In this document: one piece after another, positions 22,690 to 32,728 of the stretch | Layout of the letters: each line of letters opens with the position of its first letter | Position numbering within the stretch: position 1 is the stretch's first letter | NCBI GenBank assembly: GCA_048013815.1 | Contig: CM106585.1 | Location: 3,038,001 to 3,102,000, forward strand | From: Setoptus koraiensis | Taxonomy: Eukaryota > Animalia > Arthropoda | Length of the DNA: 64,000 nucleotides | Reading direction: 5' to 3' | The notes under the pieces: model-generated | What the model saw: only the letters and a program-made list of their open reading frames with translations | Database searches by the model: none | What the model was told of the DNA's origin: nothing | Position numbers and translations under genes: made by a program

Positions 22690-25600
22690 GAGAGAGTTGT
22701 TAAAGGTCTCACAAAGACTTCTGATTTGATAATTATAAGGCTCACTGTTGATAAGCTCGAAGTATCTGCTATAATCGATACCGGAGCCACTGCATCCTTC
22801 TTACCCCAGTTTGGAACTGTTATGCAGCTATTAAGACCCGATACCAGTCCAGTTAATGTACGAGCTCAAAACGCTGACAATGCATGGACGTTTATAACAA
22901 TGTGTGCTTGTGTACCTCTAGGCCTATGTGAATTCCCAGAGGAACAAAGAAGAGCTAAATTCTTGATTTCCCCCGGCGGAACCGATATCTTAGATCACGA
23001 CTTACTTTTGGGGTTACCAGAAATCTTATCCCTTGGACTGAACATCATCAATGACGGAGAAAGTCTTTCAGTTGTGAAGAATAAGCGCATAATTAAAGAG
23101 ATATCTTCATCACAACTTGAGCATCAAGTGCACCAAAAATGTCTTGTAAGATCCGTTAATAACATAACAGATCGACTGACCAGCGAGAGAGGACAACTCG
23201 AAACCAAGTTACGTTCATTTAACTGTGTATTCGCCGAAGAAATTAGATCACGAATAAGATGTCAACCTATGGAAATTCCATTAATCTCCAGAAATCACCC
23301 ACAAGCTAGGTTGCGAAGACATAATCCTGAAGAGATAGCTGCAATCAAGGTCATTGTAGACAGATTGATCGATTCAGATATAGTGGAAGTTTCGCGATCG
23401 AATTTCGCCTCCAACGTACGATTGGTGCCAAAAAAGAATGGTCAACACCGACTGGTGATAAACTATATACCATTAAACCGTATCACTAAGAGAGATTGTC
23501 ACCCGCTCCCCAGGACAGAGGATCTGTTTCTATGCCTTAGAGGAGCTAAATTCTTCACAACCTTAGACGGGACAGAAGGGTTCTTTCAGATCCCGCTCGC
23601 TCTCCAGGACCGTCACAAAACAGCTTTCGTGACCCCTCATGGATTGTACCAATATAAGTGTTGTCCTTTCGGCTTGACAAACTCACCGGCCGAATATCAG
23701 CGAACAATGAATGACATCTTCTCCGAAGGTCTCTACAGATGGTGTGTCGTATATGTCGACGACATATTAGTTTTTGGTCGGACTATAGAAGAACACAACC
23801 AGCGGCTGCTTTGGGTGATGGAAAGATGCGTCAAATCCAACCTTAAACTCAAGAGGTCCAAGTGTAGACTCCTGCGAACAGAGGTAGAATTCTTAGGACA
23901 CATGATTGCCGAGAATAAAATAGGCCCTGTCCGTGGCAAGACCGACCCGATATACTCAATTCTACCGGCAGCTAAGAGAGATGTGCAGATCATATTAGGT
24001 ACTCTGAACTACTATGCCAGGTTCATTCCAAATTATGCTTCAAAGACGCAGTTTTTGCGCGAATTAATCAGAGATGACGTTACGTTTGAATGGACACGAG
24101 ACCAAAGTGCCGCTTTAAACGATCTGCGATCAACACTCGAACAGGCGGAATTTCAATACATCCCATCGTCAGACGAGCCTAAGACAGTCGAAATTTTCAT
24201 TCAGGAGAGGACTATCGAAGTCGTCTGCTTCGGTCATAAGGACCTCCTCATATCGAGAGCAGGACATGTGCTGACAACAGCCGAATCCAACTATGGTACA
24301 ATAGAGAAACACCTGCTTGGCATCATACTGGCTCATAAGAAGTTTGGTGTCTACTTGCCAAGAGAACACACAACTTATGTTACGTCTTTCAAAGGCTTAG
24401 ATCACCTACTAGATGCTAAGGAATTACCAGCAAGGATTGAAAGACTTATATCACGACTTCCGCCGAACATAATACCGATATTCAAGGTGAGAGAATCTGA
24501 CTCCATATCTGAACTTAGTGCAGATAGTTCAAGCCCATTAGAGGAACTATTTTTCACCGACGGGGCTTGCGTAAAAAATGGGACTAAAGAATGTCGCGCA
24601 TCATGGGCCGTGTGTGCCACATTCAATAGGAAATTGACGCATTCAGGCATAGTTAAAGACGAAAAACCCTCCAATCAAGTGGCTGAGTTACGTGCCGTTA
24701 TTGAAGCCTTAAGAATAGCCAAACAAAACAACTTGAAATCAGTTGTAATCAAATCTGACAGCAGGTATGTGACCAATGGTTTCAATAAATGGCTATCCAA
24801 TTGGCTTAAGAACGGATGGAGGGACCATAAGAATAAAGAAGTATTCCATCGGCAGATGTGGGAAGAACTCATCCAAATGAAGCAAGATCTTCAGGTCAAG
24901 TGTCTACATATCAAGGGTCACTCTGGAGACGCAGGTAATTGCGAGGCTGACACCTTGGCGAAGGTTACGCTGGAGAGAGATCTCATGGATAAGTGTACTA
25001 CTCATTCGATTGCTTCCAAAAGAATATTCACAGTCGCACGCGAAGATTGGGACGATGAAATGAACACGATAGAGCAAAATCTATCAAACGACCCAATGTC
25101 AGCGTATATCATAGTTGAAGATAAGCTCTATTTCGTGGATAAACATGCCTTGGACGAATACAAACTGCGATTGTTCATACCGAAAAGCAAGAGAACTGAA
25201 CTTATAAAGCTAGCACACTACCATCCCATATATGGAGGTCACCATGGTGTGAAAAAGACATCCTACAAACTGAGAGATTTCTACTGGCCTAAAATGAGGT
25301 TGAGTATCGAAGAGGCCATCAGATCGTGTAGATCTTGTCAACTATTTAAGCCACGTAATGGGAAACCACCCGGCCTGATGCAGCTGCTTCCAGTCACCTC
25401 TATTTTCAAGACTACACATGTTGACATTGTTGGACATGTCACCACTTCTACTGACGGTAACAGGTGGATCATCACAGCCATTGACTCATATTCTAGGTAC
25501 GGCTACGCGAGAGCAAGGCCTGAAGTAACGTCAAAAGATGTTATAAAATTCCTAGAAGAGGATGTTTTCTCAAAACACGGACTGCCAGACACGATTATAT

Positions 25601-26973
25601 CTGATAACGGGGCACAGTTCACGTCGCATGAGTACAAATTATTCATGAAAGTCAGAGATATTGACATACACTATACATGCGACTATCACCCTCAGTCTAA
25701 TGGCAAGGACGAGAGGTTCAATGGAACCCTCGTCAAAATTCTCAGGAATTACATTAATCTGCGTCAAAAGGATTGGGATCGACATCTCATGTGGGCCCTC
25801 TATAACTATAATACTACAAGAAATGAATCTACGAAAGCCAGCCCATTCAATATACTCTATGGAGCTGAGCCACGCAACCCTCTCAAGCAGTCAAACACAA
25901 TAAACGGGGAAGAGGCACCACTCGCAAAGGATTATCAAGACATGGTACGGAGATACGTTGATGCAAATATAGACATCAACCATCGTGTTCACAAATATTA
26001 CTATGACAAGAAGCACGAACCACAAAACTTCAGTGTTGGGCAGTTAGTGCTACTGAAATCCCACAAGGTACACCCTTCAATTTGTAAGAAGCTTGCCCAC
26101 AAATGGGTCGGACCATTCATGGTGTTGGACTTCATAGGAGAACGACACAACCCAAAAGCTCTTCTAATTTCTAATTTAACGACACTAGAGAATAAACGAG
26201 CATCATTCTCAGAGGTCAAGCCCTATTACTTGGACGATACAACAGATGAGATAGAAGACGAGCTTGCACAGTCTTTTGATGAGCTTCAAATGCATTCTCT
26301 GATGGATAGAATACAAAGTTCACCAGTTAACGACCCTGGCCAGGTTGTGGACGAGTGTTCTGAGTTTTTAGTTAATCAGAGTTTGCTCCCCGAAGACACA
26401 CGAATTCGAATAACTCTACCAGCACAGACAGACGGTCCCCAACCGGAGTCGAACATTGCAGTAAACGTAGAAATAAGTAATTCGCCCTCACCATCGACAG
26501 GTACGACGGACCCTGATACGGCCTCACCTTCGATCGGTACGACGGAGCTCAACAATACAACGCCTTTGCCTCGTTCTTCAACAGGCCAAAGGATAGCAAT
26601 ATCCTTGCCATATCCCTTGGCAGGTATTGAACATGCAAGTTCGAACTACGATAACTATGCTACTCTTGTCGGGTCGCTACCACAAAGTAGTCATACCACT
26701 AATGAACAGTTCACGCCTGTCGTAGCGCAAACGCAGAGCGAACAGCCAACATTTAATCATTCCCAACAGCTAACTAACAATCTTCTAGGTGACTCGAGAC
26801 CCATTTCCATCGGCAGAAATGGAAATAGTGACTCAATAACGCAAGCAGATGATGAGGAATCACACACTGTACCGGATTATGCTATAAATGACGCTAGAAT
26901 ACAACCCCCACAGGCACATGGGTCACATAGGCAGAAGAGAAACATCAGACCACCAGTTCGGTATAGGAATTAA
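22660..26973 (+). CDS. pol: Pol: protease - RT - degenerate RNase H - second intact RNase H - integrase - long low-complexity tail
   Basis: IIDTGA; PFGLTNSP, YVDD; FTDGAC/AEL/KSDSRY/GHSG..NCEADTLA; HHCC finger, HVDIV, SDNG, DERFN, WVGPF. Confidence 0.95.
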   Translation: MIVNEIDRPPERVVKGLTKTSDLIIIRLTVDKLEVSAIIDTGATASFLPQFGTVMQLLRPDTSPVNVRAQNADNAWTFITMCACVPLGLCEFPEEQRRAKFLISPGGTDILDHDLLLGLPEILSLGLNIINDGESLSVVKNKRIIKEISSSQLEHQVHQKCLVRSVNNITDRLTSERGQLETKLRSFNCVFAEEIRSRIRCQPMEIPLISRNHPQARLRRHNPEEIAAIKVIVDRLIDSDIVEVSRSNFASNVRLVPKKNGQHRLVINYIPLNRITKRDCHPLPRTEDLFLCLRGAKFFTTLDGTEGFFQIPLALQDRHKTAFVTPHGLYQYKCCPFGLTNSPAEYQRTMNDIFSEGLYRWCVVYVDDILVFGRTIEEHNQRLLWVMERCVKSNLKLKRSKCRLLRTEVEFLGHMIAENKIGPVRGKTDPIYSILPAAKRDVQIILGTLNYYARFIPNYASKTQFLRELIRDDVTFEWTRDQSAALNDLRSTLEQAEFQYIPSSDEPKTVEIFIQERTIEVVCFGHKDLLISRAGHVLTTAESNYGTIEKHLLGIILAHKKFGVYLPREHTTYVTSFKGLDHLLDAKELPARIERLISRLPPNIIPIFKVRESDSISELSADSSSPLEELFFTDGACVKNGTKECRASWAVCATFNRKLTHSGIVKDEKPSNQVAELRAVIEALRIAKQNNLKSVVIKSDSRYVTNGFNKWLSNWLKNGWRDHKNKEVFHRQMWEELIQMKQDLQVKCLHIKGHSGDAGNCEADTLAKVTLERDLMDKCTTHSIASKRIFTVAREDWDDEMNTIEQNLSNDPMSAYIIVEDKLYFVDKHALDEYKLRLFIPKSKRTELIKLAHYHPIYGGHHGVKKTSYKLRDFYWPKMRLSIEEAIRSCRSCQLFKPRNGKPPGLMQLLPVTSIFKTTHVDIVGHVTTSTDGNRWIITAIDSYSRYGYARARPEVTSKDVIKFLEEDVFSKHGLPDTIISDNGAQFTSHEYKLFMKVRDIDIHYTCDYHPQSNGKDERFNGTLVKILRNYINLRQKDWDRHLMWALYNYNTTRNESTKASPFNILYGAEPRNPLKQSNTINGEEAPLAKDYQDMVRRYVDANIDINHRVHKYYYDKKHEPQNFSVGQLVLLKSHKVHPSICKKLAHKWVGPFMVLDFIGERHNPKALLISNLTTLENKRASFSEVKPYYLDDTTDEIEDELAQSFDELQMHSLMDRIQSSPVNDPGQVVDECSEFLVNQSLLPEDTRIRITLPAQTDGPQPESNIAVNVEISNSPSPSTGTTDPDTASPSIGTTELNNTTPLPRSSTGQRIAISLPYPLAGIEHASSNYDNYATLVGSLPQSSHTTNEQFTPVVAQTQSEQPTFNHSQQLTNNLLGDSRPISIGRNGNSDSITQADDEESHTVPDYAINDARIQPPQAHGSHRQKRNIRPPVRYRN

Positions 26974-27078
26974 CAAGATGCGTCGAAACAATTTAATTAC
27001 GGTCTGTTCACCTCCGATGAGGTCATATTTATTTATGTCATTCAGAAATAATTAATTCTGCCGAGGGAATATATGCAT

Positions 27079-28020
27079 CTACTTCGAATGTTTAGCTTTG
27101 GCAGCTTCTGAGGCCTGGTTGGCATGATCCTTCGAGGTCAAAATGTGTTGAAAAGTAGACTTGAATGAGCTACCATTCAGTTTGAAACAGTAAGGACAAG
27201 TTCCCCCGTTAACTACTGATCGCTTATATAACAACTTGATGCGAGCCTTCGCCTCCACTAGTGCGGGAACCACTATCCCTGCATCTTGATTCGCCTTAAT
27301 TTTGGCATCGTATAGTCTGTCGTTGATATCTTTAACGATATGAGCTGGATATATGAGCCGCATCGGGAGCCAACGATACAGACTCAGGTACTTAGCCAAA
27401 GTCACTAACATGGCTATCACATGGAAAGAAGAGGCACCTGGATATCCGCCACAAACAACCGTTCCGAAATCATGTTCGTAGGATTCGATAACAGGATTAG
27501 CATTGACCATTTCTAACCACAATCCAATATTATCCTTCTCGAGGCATAAATTTAAATGGTCCACGCACAAACATCTCTTGTTCAGAGTGTCAACAAAGAC
27601 AATGGCTTGGAATTGGTTCTCTAAATACAAGTCTGATAATACGGTCAAAATATCATAGTTTTCGGGGTCCAAAACCTCATCTGGAATATGCATATCACGG
27701 ATTATTTTCATCTTCAGGCCACAGGAATCCTTAAAATGACGTTCCATAGTCTGATCTACTTTGGCCACATCATCATCTAATAGTTCCTCGTTATCCTGCG
27801 AAGGGCTAGGGTCCAATTCAAAGAAAGGAATATTAAATAATCTCCAGTAGTCGACTTTATCTCGGTCGATACCGCGTTTCGATCGCTTTCGTCTGGAAGG
27901 CTGTTCTTTATCCTTGGAACCAACGTTGGGATCATAAATTTGAGTGGCCTCATCCGAGGAGCTAGATTCTTCAATATCAGAGGTGACGTTCACCTCTCGT
28001 GAATGCGATGGACCAGACAT
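27079..28020 (-). CDS. Additional antisense ORF (313 aa) inside the LTR element; unknown function
   Basis: Uninterrupted ATG-to-stop ORF between the pol stop and the PPT; acidic/basic N-terminus, C-terminal CPYC-x13-H-x6-H. Confidence 0.75.
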   Translation of the reverse strand: MSGPSHSREVNVTSDIEESSSSDEATQIYDPNVGSKDKEQPSRRKRSKRGIDRDKVDYWRLFNIPFFELDPSPSQDNEELLDDDVAKVDQTMERHFKDSCGLKMKIIRDMHIPDEVLDPENYDILTVLSDLYLENQFQAIVFVDTLNKRCLCVDHLNLCLEKDNIGLWLEMVNANPVIESYEHDFGTVVCGGYPGASSFHVIAMLVTLAKYLSLYRWLPMRLIYPAHIVKDINDRLYDAKIKANQDAGIVVPALVEAKARIKLLYKRSVVNGGTCPYCFKLNGSSFKSTFQHILTSKDHANQASEAAKAKHSK

Positions 28021-28155
28021 TTGGCAATTTTGTCGGCAGGAGCGATAATTAATTCGAATACTTGATATAATTGAAACAAACTATGTCTGAATTGCTATTC
28101 TCACAAGTCAATAACGGTTATATTCTGAACAAGCATGTGTTTAACACATGTTTTC

Positions 28156-28168
28156 AGAAAGGGTGGAC
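28156..28168 (+). promoter_or_regulatory. Polypurine tract
   Basis: AGAAAGGGTGGAC immediately before the 3' LTR. Confidence 0.6.
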
Positions 28169-28623
28169 TGTCATGCCGCACCGTGCACGCGTACACGCCC
28201 ACACACATCCGCGCGCATACGGGCCGCGCACTACGCCTTATTCAAACCCGCACAGGCGCCAGTGACCTGGCAAAATGAAAAGTATTGCAAATCTTCCCGG
28301 CAACCTTTCAGTTGGCTGGCGCCAACTGAAACAAAGAGAGAATCTAGCTTGGTGTGATACACTATCGATAGATAATAACGCACTATATACATCATTGTAC
28401 GTGTTTTCTCCGACACACAGATTCATTCGATATCAAGCCGTTGACCAATAAACATATTGACAGATAATAATAGTAATTATCCGTCGTTACTAATTAATAA
28501 AGCTAAATTGATATTAAGCCAACATATATACAACAGTAATAATTCGAAACTGGTAGTTCTGCCGGCAATTTATTCTAACGACGAACACACCCCCTTAGCT
28601 GCTAACACTCCCACGGCACGACA
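28169..28623 (+). repeat. 3' LTR (455 bp)
   Basis: Copy of 21014-21468. Confidence 0.95.
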
Positions 28624-29131
28624 CGTACCACCCTTGTGCCAGCTCTATGCCACCTCTAGGCAATCTATGTGCAACCTCTGTGCCCGACGTGTGCATGGGC
28701 GCAATGCGCAAGCAACCAGAATTCAAACTCATTTTTCGCAAAAACCCGGCATTTTCTGGGCAGAATTCTTCCGAATTATGAATCAGCTTGAGACCCTCTA
28801 CAGAAAGTTTATAAAGATTTCCAAATCCGAGGGTCACAGAAACAAATGTTTCTTCGTCAGCGTAGAGAAGATGGCGCCTCGAATCATAACTTATGAGTTA
28901 CTCTCTTAGAGAAGAAGGCTCTTTCAGTTTTTTTATTATAATGTTTGGTACGCGATCTACAGTCTTTCTCTTCTTTTTGATCTTGAACTTGATATAACAA
29001 CTTGACAACTCCAACAGCTCGCCTAGCAACTCCACTCCCGTCCAATTTCCGTCAGTTGTAACTCTCTTGATTCCGCCATTCAAGCTGGACCTCGCATTTG
29101 CCACCATTCAATTTTTAATTTTGTTTTAACT

Positions 29132-29869
29132 CTAACCCACCACTCGTCCAATACCGTACCATTCACTCATAATCATGCAGAAGCTCTCGACGATGTTTCC
29201 TAAAAGCTTCGTTTCGTCTCTCAAATCGAGAAATGTTCTGATCGCACAACAAGTCCCACTCTTGTCAGCAAATTCTAAATAAAACCATTCGAGAAAGTTG
29301 GAACAATTGACATATTCATGAGCAGGGAGAGGACACACTGAGCTCATACTGCCAAGAAAAATGCACATGTGATAGATTTTGTCGCTCGTGGCTTGACTGT
29401 GGGAAATTCTCTTCGCAAAAAAGGGGAGATCTCGCTCCAGTGCAGTGCAGATCAAATGCAAATAGACCTCTCCCTTTTCTGTTTTTATGTGAGGTTCGGA
29501 AAGGTAAATCGCCTTCTTACACATTGTTATGCTGTCGCTAACTGATTGACCTAAAGTTTTCTCGTTCTTCATCTCAATTTCATTTATTAGCCGCTTTTGA
29601 TCTGAACTCACATCTACTTTCGATAGTAGATTCTTACACCTTTTATTTTTGTCAAAGGTAAGGCACGCGGTTAACTGGGCGAGTATCATTCCATCAGAGG
29701 GTTCCGCTGATGTTTTACTATTGGCATGTGATGGTGCATTGTCCTCATCTGCGTATGGTCCCCACCAATTAGAGTCATCTATGAAGGGTGGCTGATTCTC
29801 CTTCGAACGTCGGCAATCTCCGATTGCCAACAATGAATAAATGAATGATAATACGATAATGATTTTCAT
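29132..29869 (-). CDS. Putative secreted cysteine-patterned orphan protein (245 aa)
   Basis: Signal-peptide-like MKIIIVLSFIYSLLAIGDC; intronless intact ORF; aligns to 31085-31786. Confidence 0.75.
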   Translation of the reverse strand: MKIIIVLSFIYSLLAIGDCRRSKENQPPFIDDSNWWGPYADEDNAPSHANSKTSAEPSDGMILAQLTACLTFDKNKRCKNLLSKVDVSSDQKRLINEIEMKNEKTLGQSVSDSITMCKKAIYLSEPHIKTEKGEVYLHLICTALERDLPFFAKRISHSQATSDKIYHMCIFLGSMSSVCPLPAHEYVNCSNFLEWFYLEFADKSGTCCAIRTFLDLRDETKLLGNIVESFCMIMSEWYGIGRVVG

Positions 29870-30362
29870 CTTTCGTGCTGCGATTCAGTAGTGATTGTTA
29901 GAAATTTGCAACTGAGTAAATTACGCCTCTTGTCTCGGTAGTTTTGATTTTATCTGATTAGTTAAACAATCTAGTTAATTATCAACAGCACAATTTCATT
30001 TCACAATTTATGACGATGATTGATCGTCGAACTACGGTTGTTTCACTTTTGCCGAACAGTCTAGATAGTTTTGATTGGCTTGTATCCCCCGGTGAGATAC
30101 AAGATTATAAAATCGATTGAGAGAGTTAGGTGCTGAATCATGAGTATAGGTAATACTATCTTCTCCCCCATCAAGACTATTACACGTATGCTAAATTACT
30201 CTCTAAGTCCTTTCTCATGCTAGACTTATGCTGCTCGATTGGTATTTGCTCATAATGCAGAATAAGATGGAACATCCACAAAGTGCAGCCATGAGAATGA
30301 ATAGTCAATAAGAATCAAAATAATCTCGTTCAAGATTGATCATGTGCTTAGCAACATTGACG

Positions 30363-30910
30363 TTAGATTACAGGATAAGTAAGAGTCACGTTACAAAATT
30401 AGTTGTAGTATGTGTTGTTGAATGTGAATCTATTAACACCCAAATCCAAATTGTATCTAACATTTTCCATGATCAAGAAGACTATTTCGAGATCAATTTT
30501 TTACTTTCTAAATTTTATTGATCAATTTTTCAAGTTTAAATAGTTAGATTACAGGATAAGCAAGAGTCACGTTATAAAATTAGTTGTAGTATGTGTTGTT
30601 GAATGTGAATCTATTAACACCCAAATCCAAATTGTATCTAACATTTTCCATGATCAAGAAGACTATTTCGAGATCAATTTTTTACTTTCTAAATTTTATT
30701 GATCAATTTTTCAAGTTTAAATAGTTAGATTACAGGATAAGCAAGAGTCACGTTACAAAATTAGTTGTAGTATGTGTTGTTGAATGTGAATCTATCAACA
30801 CCCAAATCCAAATTGTATCTAACATTTTCCATGATCAAGAAGACTATTTCGAGATCAATTTTTTACTTTCTAAATTTTATTGATCAATTTTTCAAGTTTA
30901 CATAGTTAGA
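30363..30910. repeat. Three tandem copies of a 181-bp unit
   Basis: TTAGATTACAGGATAAG restarts at 30363, 30544 and 30725; copies differ at very few bases. Confidence 0.95.
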
Positions 30911-31084
30911 AAGATCTAGTGGATACAACATATATCCACTAGATCTATTTTCATCCCATTGCCAGTAATTGTGGACCAACAGTAGATCTTCGACCAGTGA
31001 TCACTGATTTGAATGATCTCACTTTGTCTATCAATGCAACAGGTTTACTAATTCAAGGATGTACAATTTTCAGGTTCCGTTGTA

Positions 31085-31786
31085 ATGAAAATGTTTGATA
31101 TAAATACCTCTCTCCATAGTGAATCTGCACACTGCGTTTCAGGCGACAATATGAGGATTGCTATGACGATTGTTCTCTATCTTCTCATAATAATAACCTG
31201 TATTGGCTTGAGTGAATCTGGCTCTCACATAATAACTGTCAAACACTCCGCGTACAGGGATGGCGATCAATTTCTTCACGATGATCCTTCATCAGATCCT
31301 CCCATTAAGTCCATAGAACCAAGCGAGAAAGATGTCTCAGATGGGCTATTGGCATATGTAATCATACGATGCCTCGAGGACAAGTCAGAAGGTTCATCAA
31401 CTGATCCGGAAGTCGATTTTTGTAATAGCAAATCTAAGACTGAACTGAGTCAACTTCTCAAGGAGCGTATAGAACTTATCGAAAAAGAAGACGAAAGAAC
31501 GTCGGGCCAGTACACTGAGGACAACATAAAAAAATGCGAGAAACTTGCGGGCAAAGACTTGGGGAATCTTGCAAAGAGAATTTGTAAAACATTGGAGAAG
31601 AAGCTACCCTCCATTGTGAAGAAAATATACCAAGCACAAACTGTAAAAGAGAAGTGGAAATTACTGTGCACCCTCCACGTTGAGATAGCTCTTGGTGAAG
31701 GCTCTTGGGTCAAATCAACTCTTGTCAGGGCATGTGTCAAGGATCATCTGGAAAACATGGAAGAGTTCCCTTTCCGTAGAAGATGA
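31085..31786 (+). CDS. Putative secreted cysteine-patterned orphan protein, paralog of 29132-29869 (likely start ATG 31151)
   Basis: MRIAMTIVLYLLIIITCIGLSES signal-like; SDGLLAYVIIRCL..E.EDERTSGQ..C..ICKTLEKKLP..QT..K..LC matches SDGMILAQLTACL..EMKNEKTLGQ..C..ICTALERDLP..QAT.DK..MC. Confidence 0.75.
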   Translation: MKMFDINTSLHSESAHCVSGDNMRIAMTIVLYLLIIITCIGLSESGSHIITVKHSAYRDGDQFLHDDPSSDPPIKSIEPSEKDVSDGLLAYVIIRCLEDKSEGSSTDPEVDFCNSKSKTELSQLLKERIELIEKEDERTSGQYTEDNIKKCEKLAGKDLGNLAKRICKTLEKKLPSIVKKIYQAQTVKEKWKLLCTLHVEIALGEGSWVKSTLVRACVKDHLENMEEFPFRRR

Positions 31787-32728
31787 AGCAGTTTGGATTC
31801 TGTTTCTGAACACGTATCATATTCTGAAAATAGTTCTGAGTGCGAATAACTGGTTATTCTTTGTCTACAATCGGTGTTGAATAGAACGACAATAAAGACA
31901 TTGAATCAAACTTCAAAGTGAACACTCAGTTGTAAACTTATCAGCTTTAATTGTCACACGCCCTAAAGCTTCCGACTTTCATATTTCAAAGTGCGCTGCG
32001 GACTGTCGCACTTATCTGATTATGGTACAAAAGTATCTGCTCCCTTGAATCAAGTCTGACTTCAATCTTGGACGAATCTATCCATTTGCCAATATCCGAC
32101 GTTTGTGCAAATTTTAATAAATATCACTCAACAACACATTTTACCAGAAAATGATCCCCGAAGCCTAGAATAGCAAGAAGGCGTGCTTCCTGAACCAGAC
32201 GAGAGAAAAACTCCATTTTCCACCCTTCTGGAGAGACCAAAACAAGAGACAAAAAGAAGGACAATTGAGGACCCGCCTTGTGTAAGAGCCTTCTCTGACA
32301 ATCATGATACAGTCATTGTGAGCAGATGCCAAAAAATGATTGTGCCAACTCGTTAGATTATTTGCGACAGGTGAGCCGGTGAATGATAAAAAACAAAGCA
32401 GAAGCGGGCAAACAAGCGACGAATGGTGATATCATTATTGCGGCCAGATATATGTTGTATAAACTGTGGCGGATCATCACTGTGAAGTGATGATTTGCCA
32501 GAGTGAGGACAAGCCAAAAAGTGATTGGGCCAATTACAAATTACATCTAGCAGCGACACCGGGTGCATTATCTTTTAATCTAAAATTACGCTCTTTTGTT
32601 GGCTTTTGTTGATTGTTGTGGTTGTTGTTGCTGCTGCTGTTGTTGTGTCAGGCGTGAACAAATACTCTCGATTTTGTCTGCAGCTACAACACAAACACAA
32701 TGGCTCACATTGTAGCCACCATCTTTTT

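Larger units (their letters stand above)
21014..28623 (+). mobile_element. Intact Ty3/gypsy-type LTR retrotransposon (7610 bp)
   Basis: TG...CA LTRs, 4-bp TSD CGTA (21010-21013, 28624-28627), PBS, PPT, open gag and pol. Confidence 0.97.

Noticed and set aside
29659-29671. TAAGGCACGCGGT matches the first 13 nt of miR-124
   Set aside because: Match breaks after 13 nt, no precursor hairpin, and it lies antisense within a coding ORF
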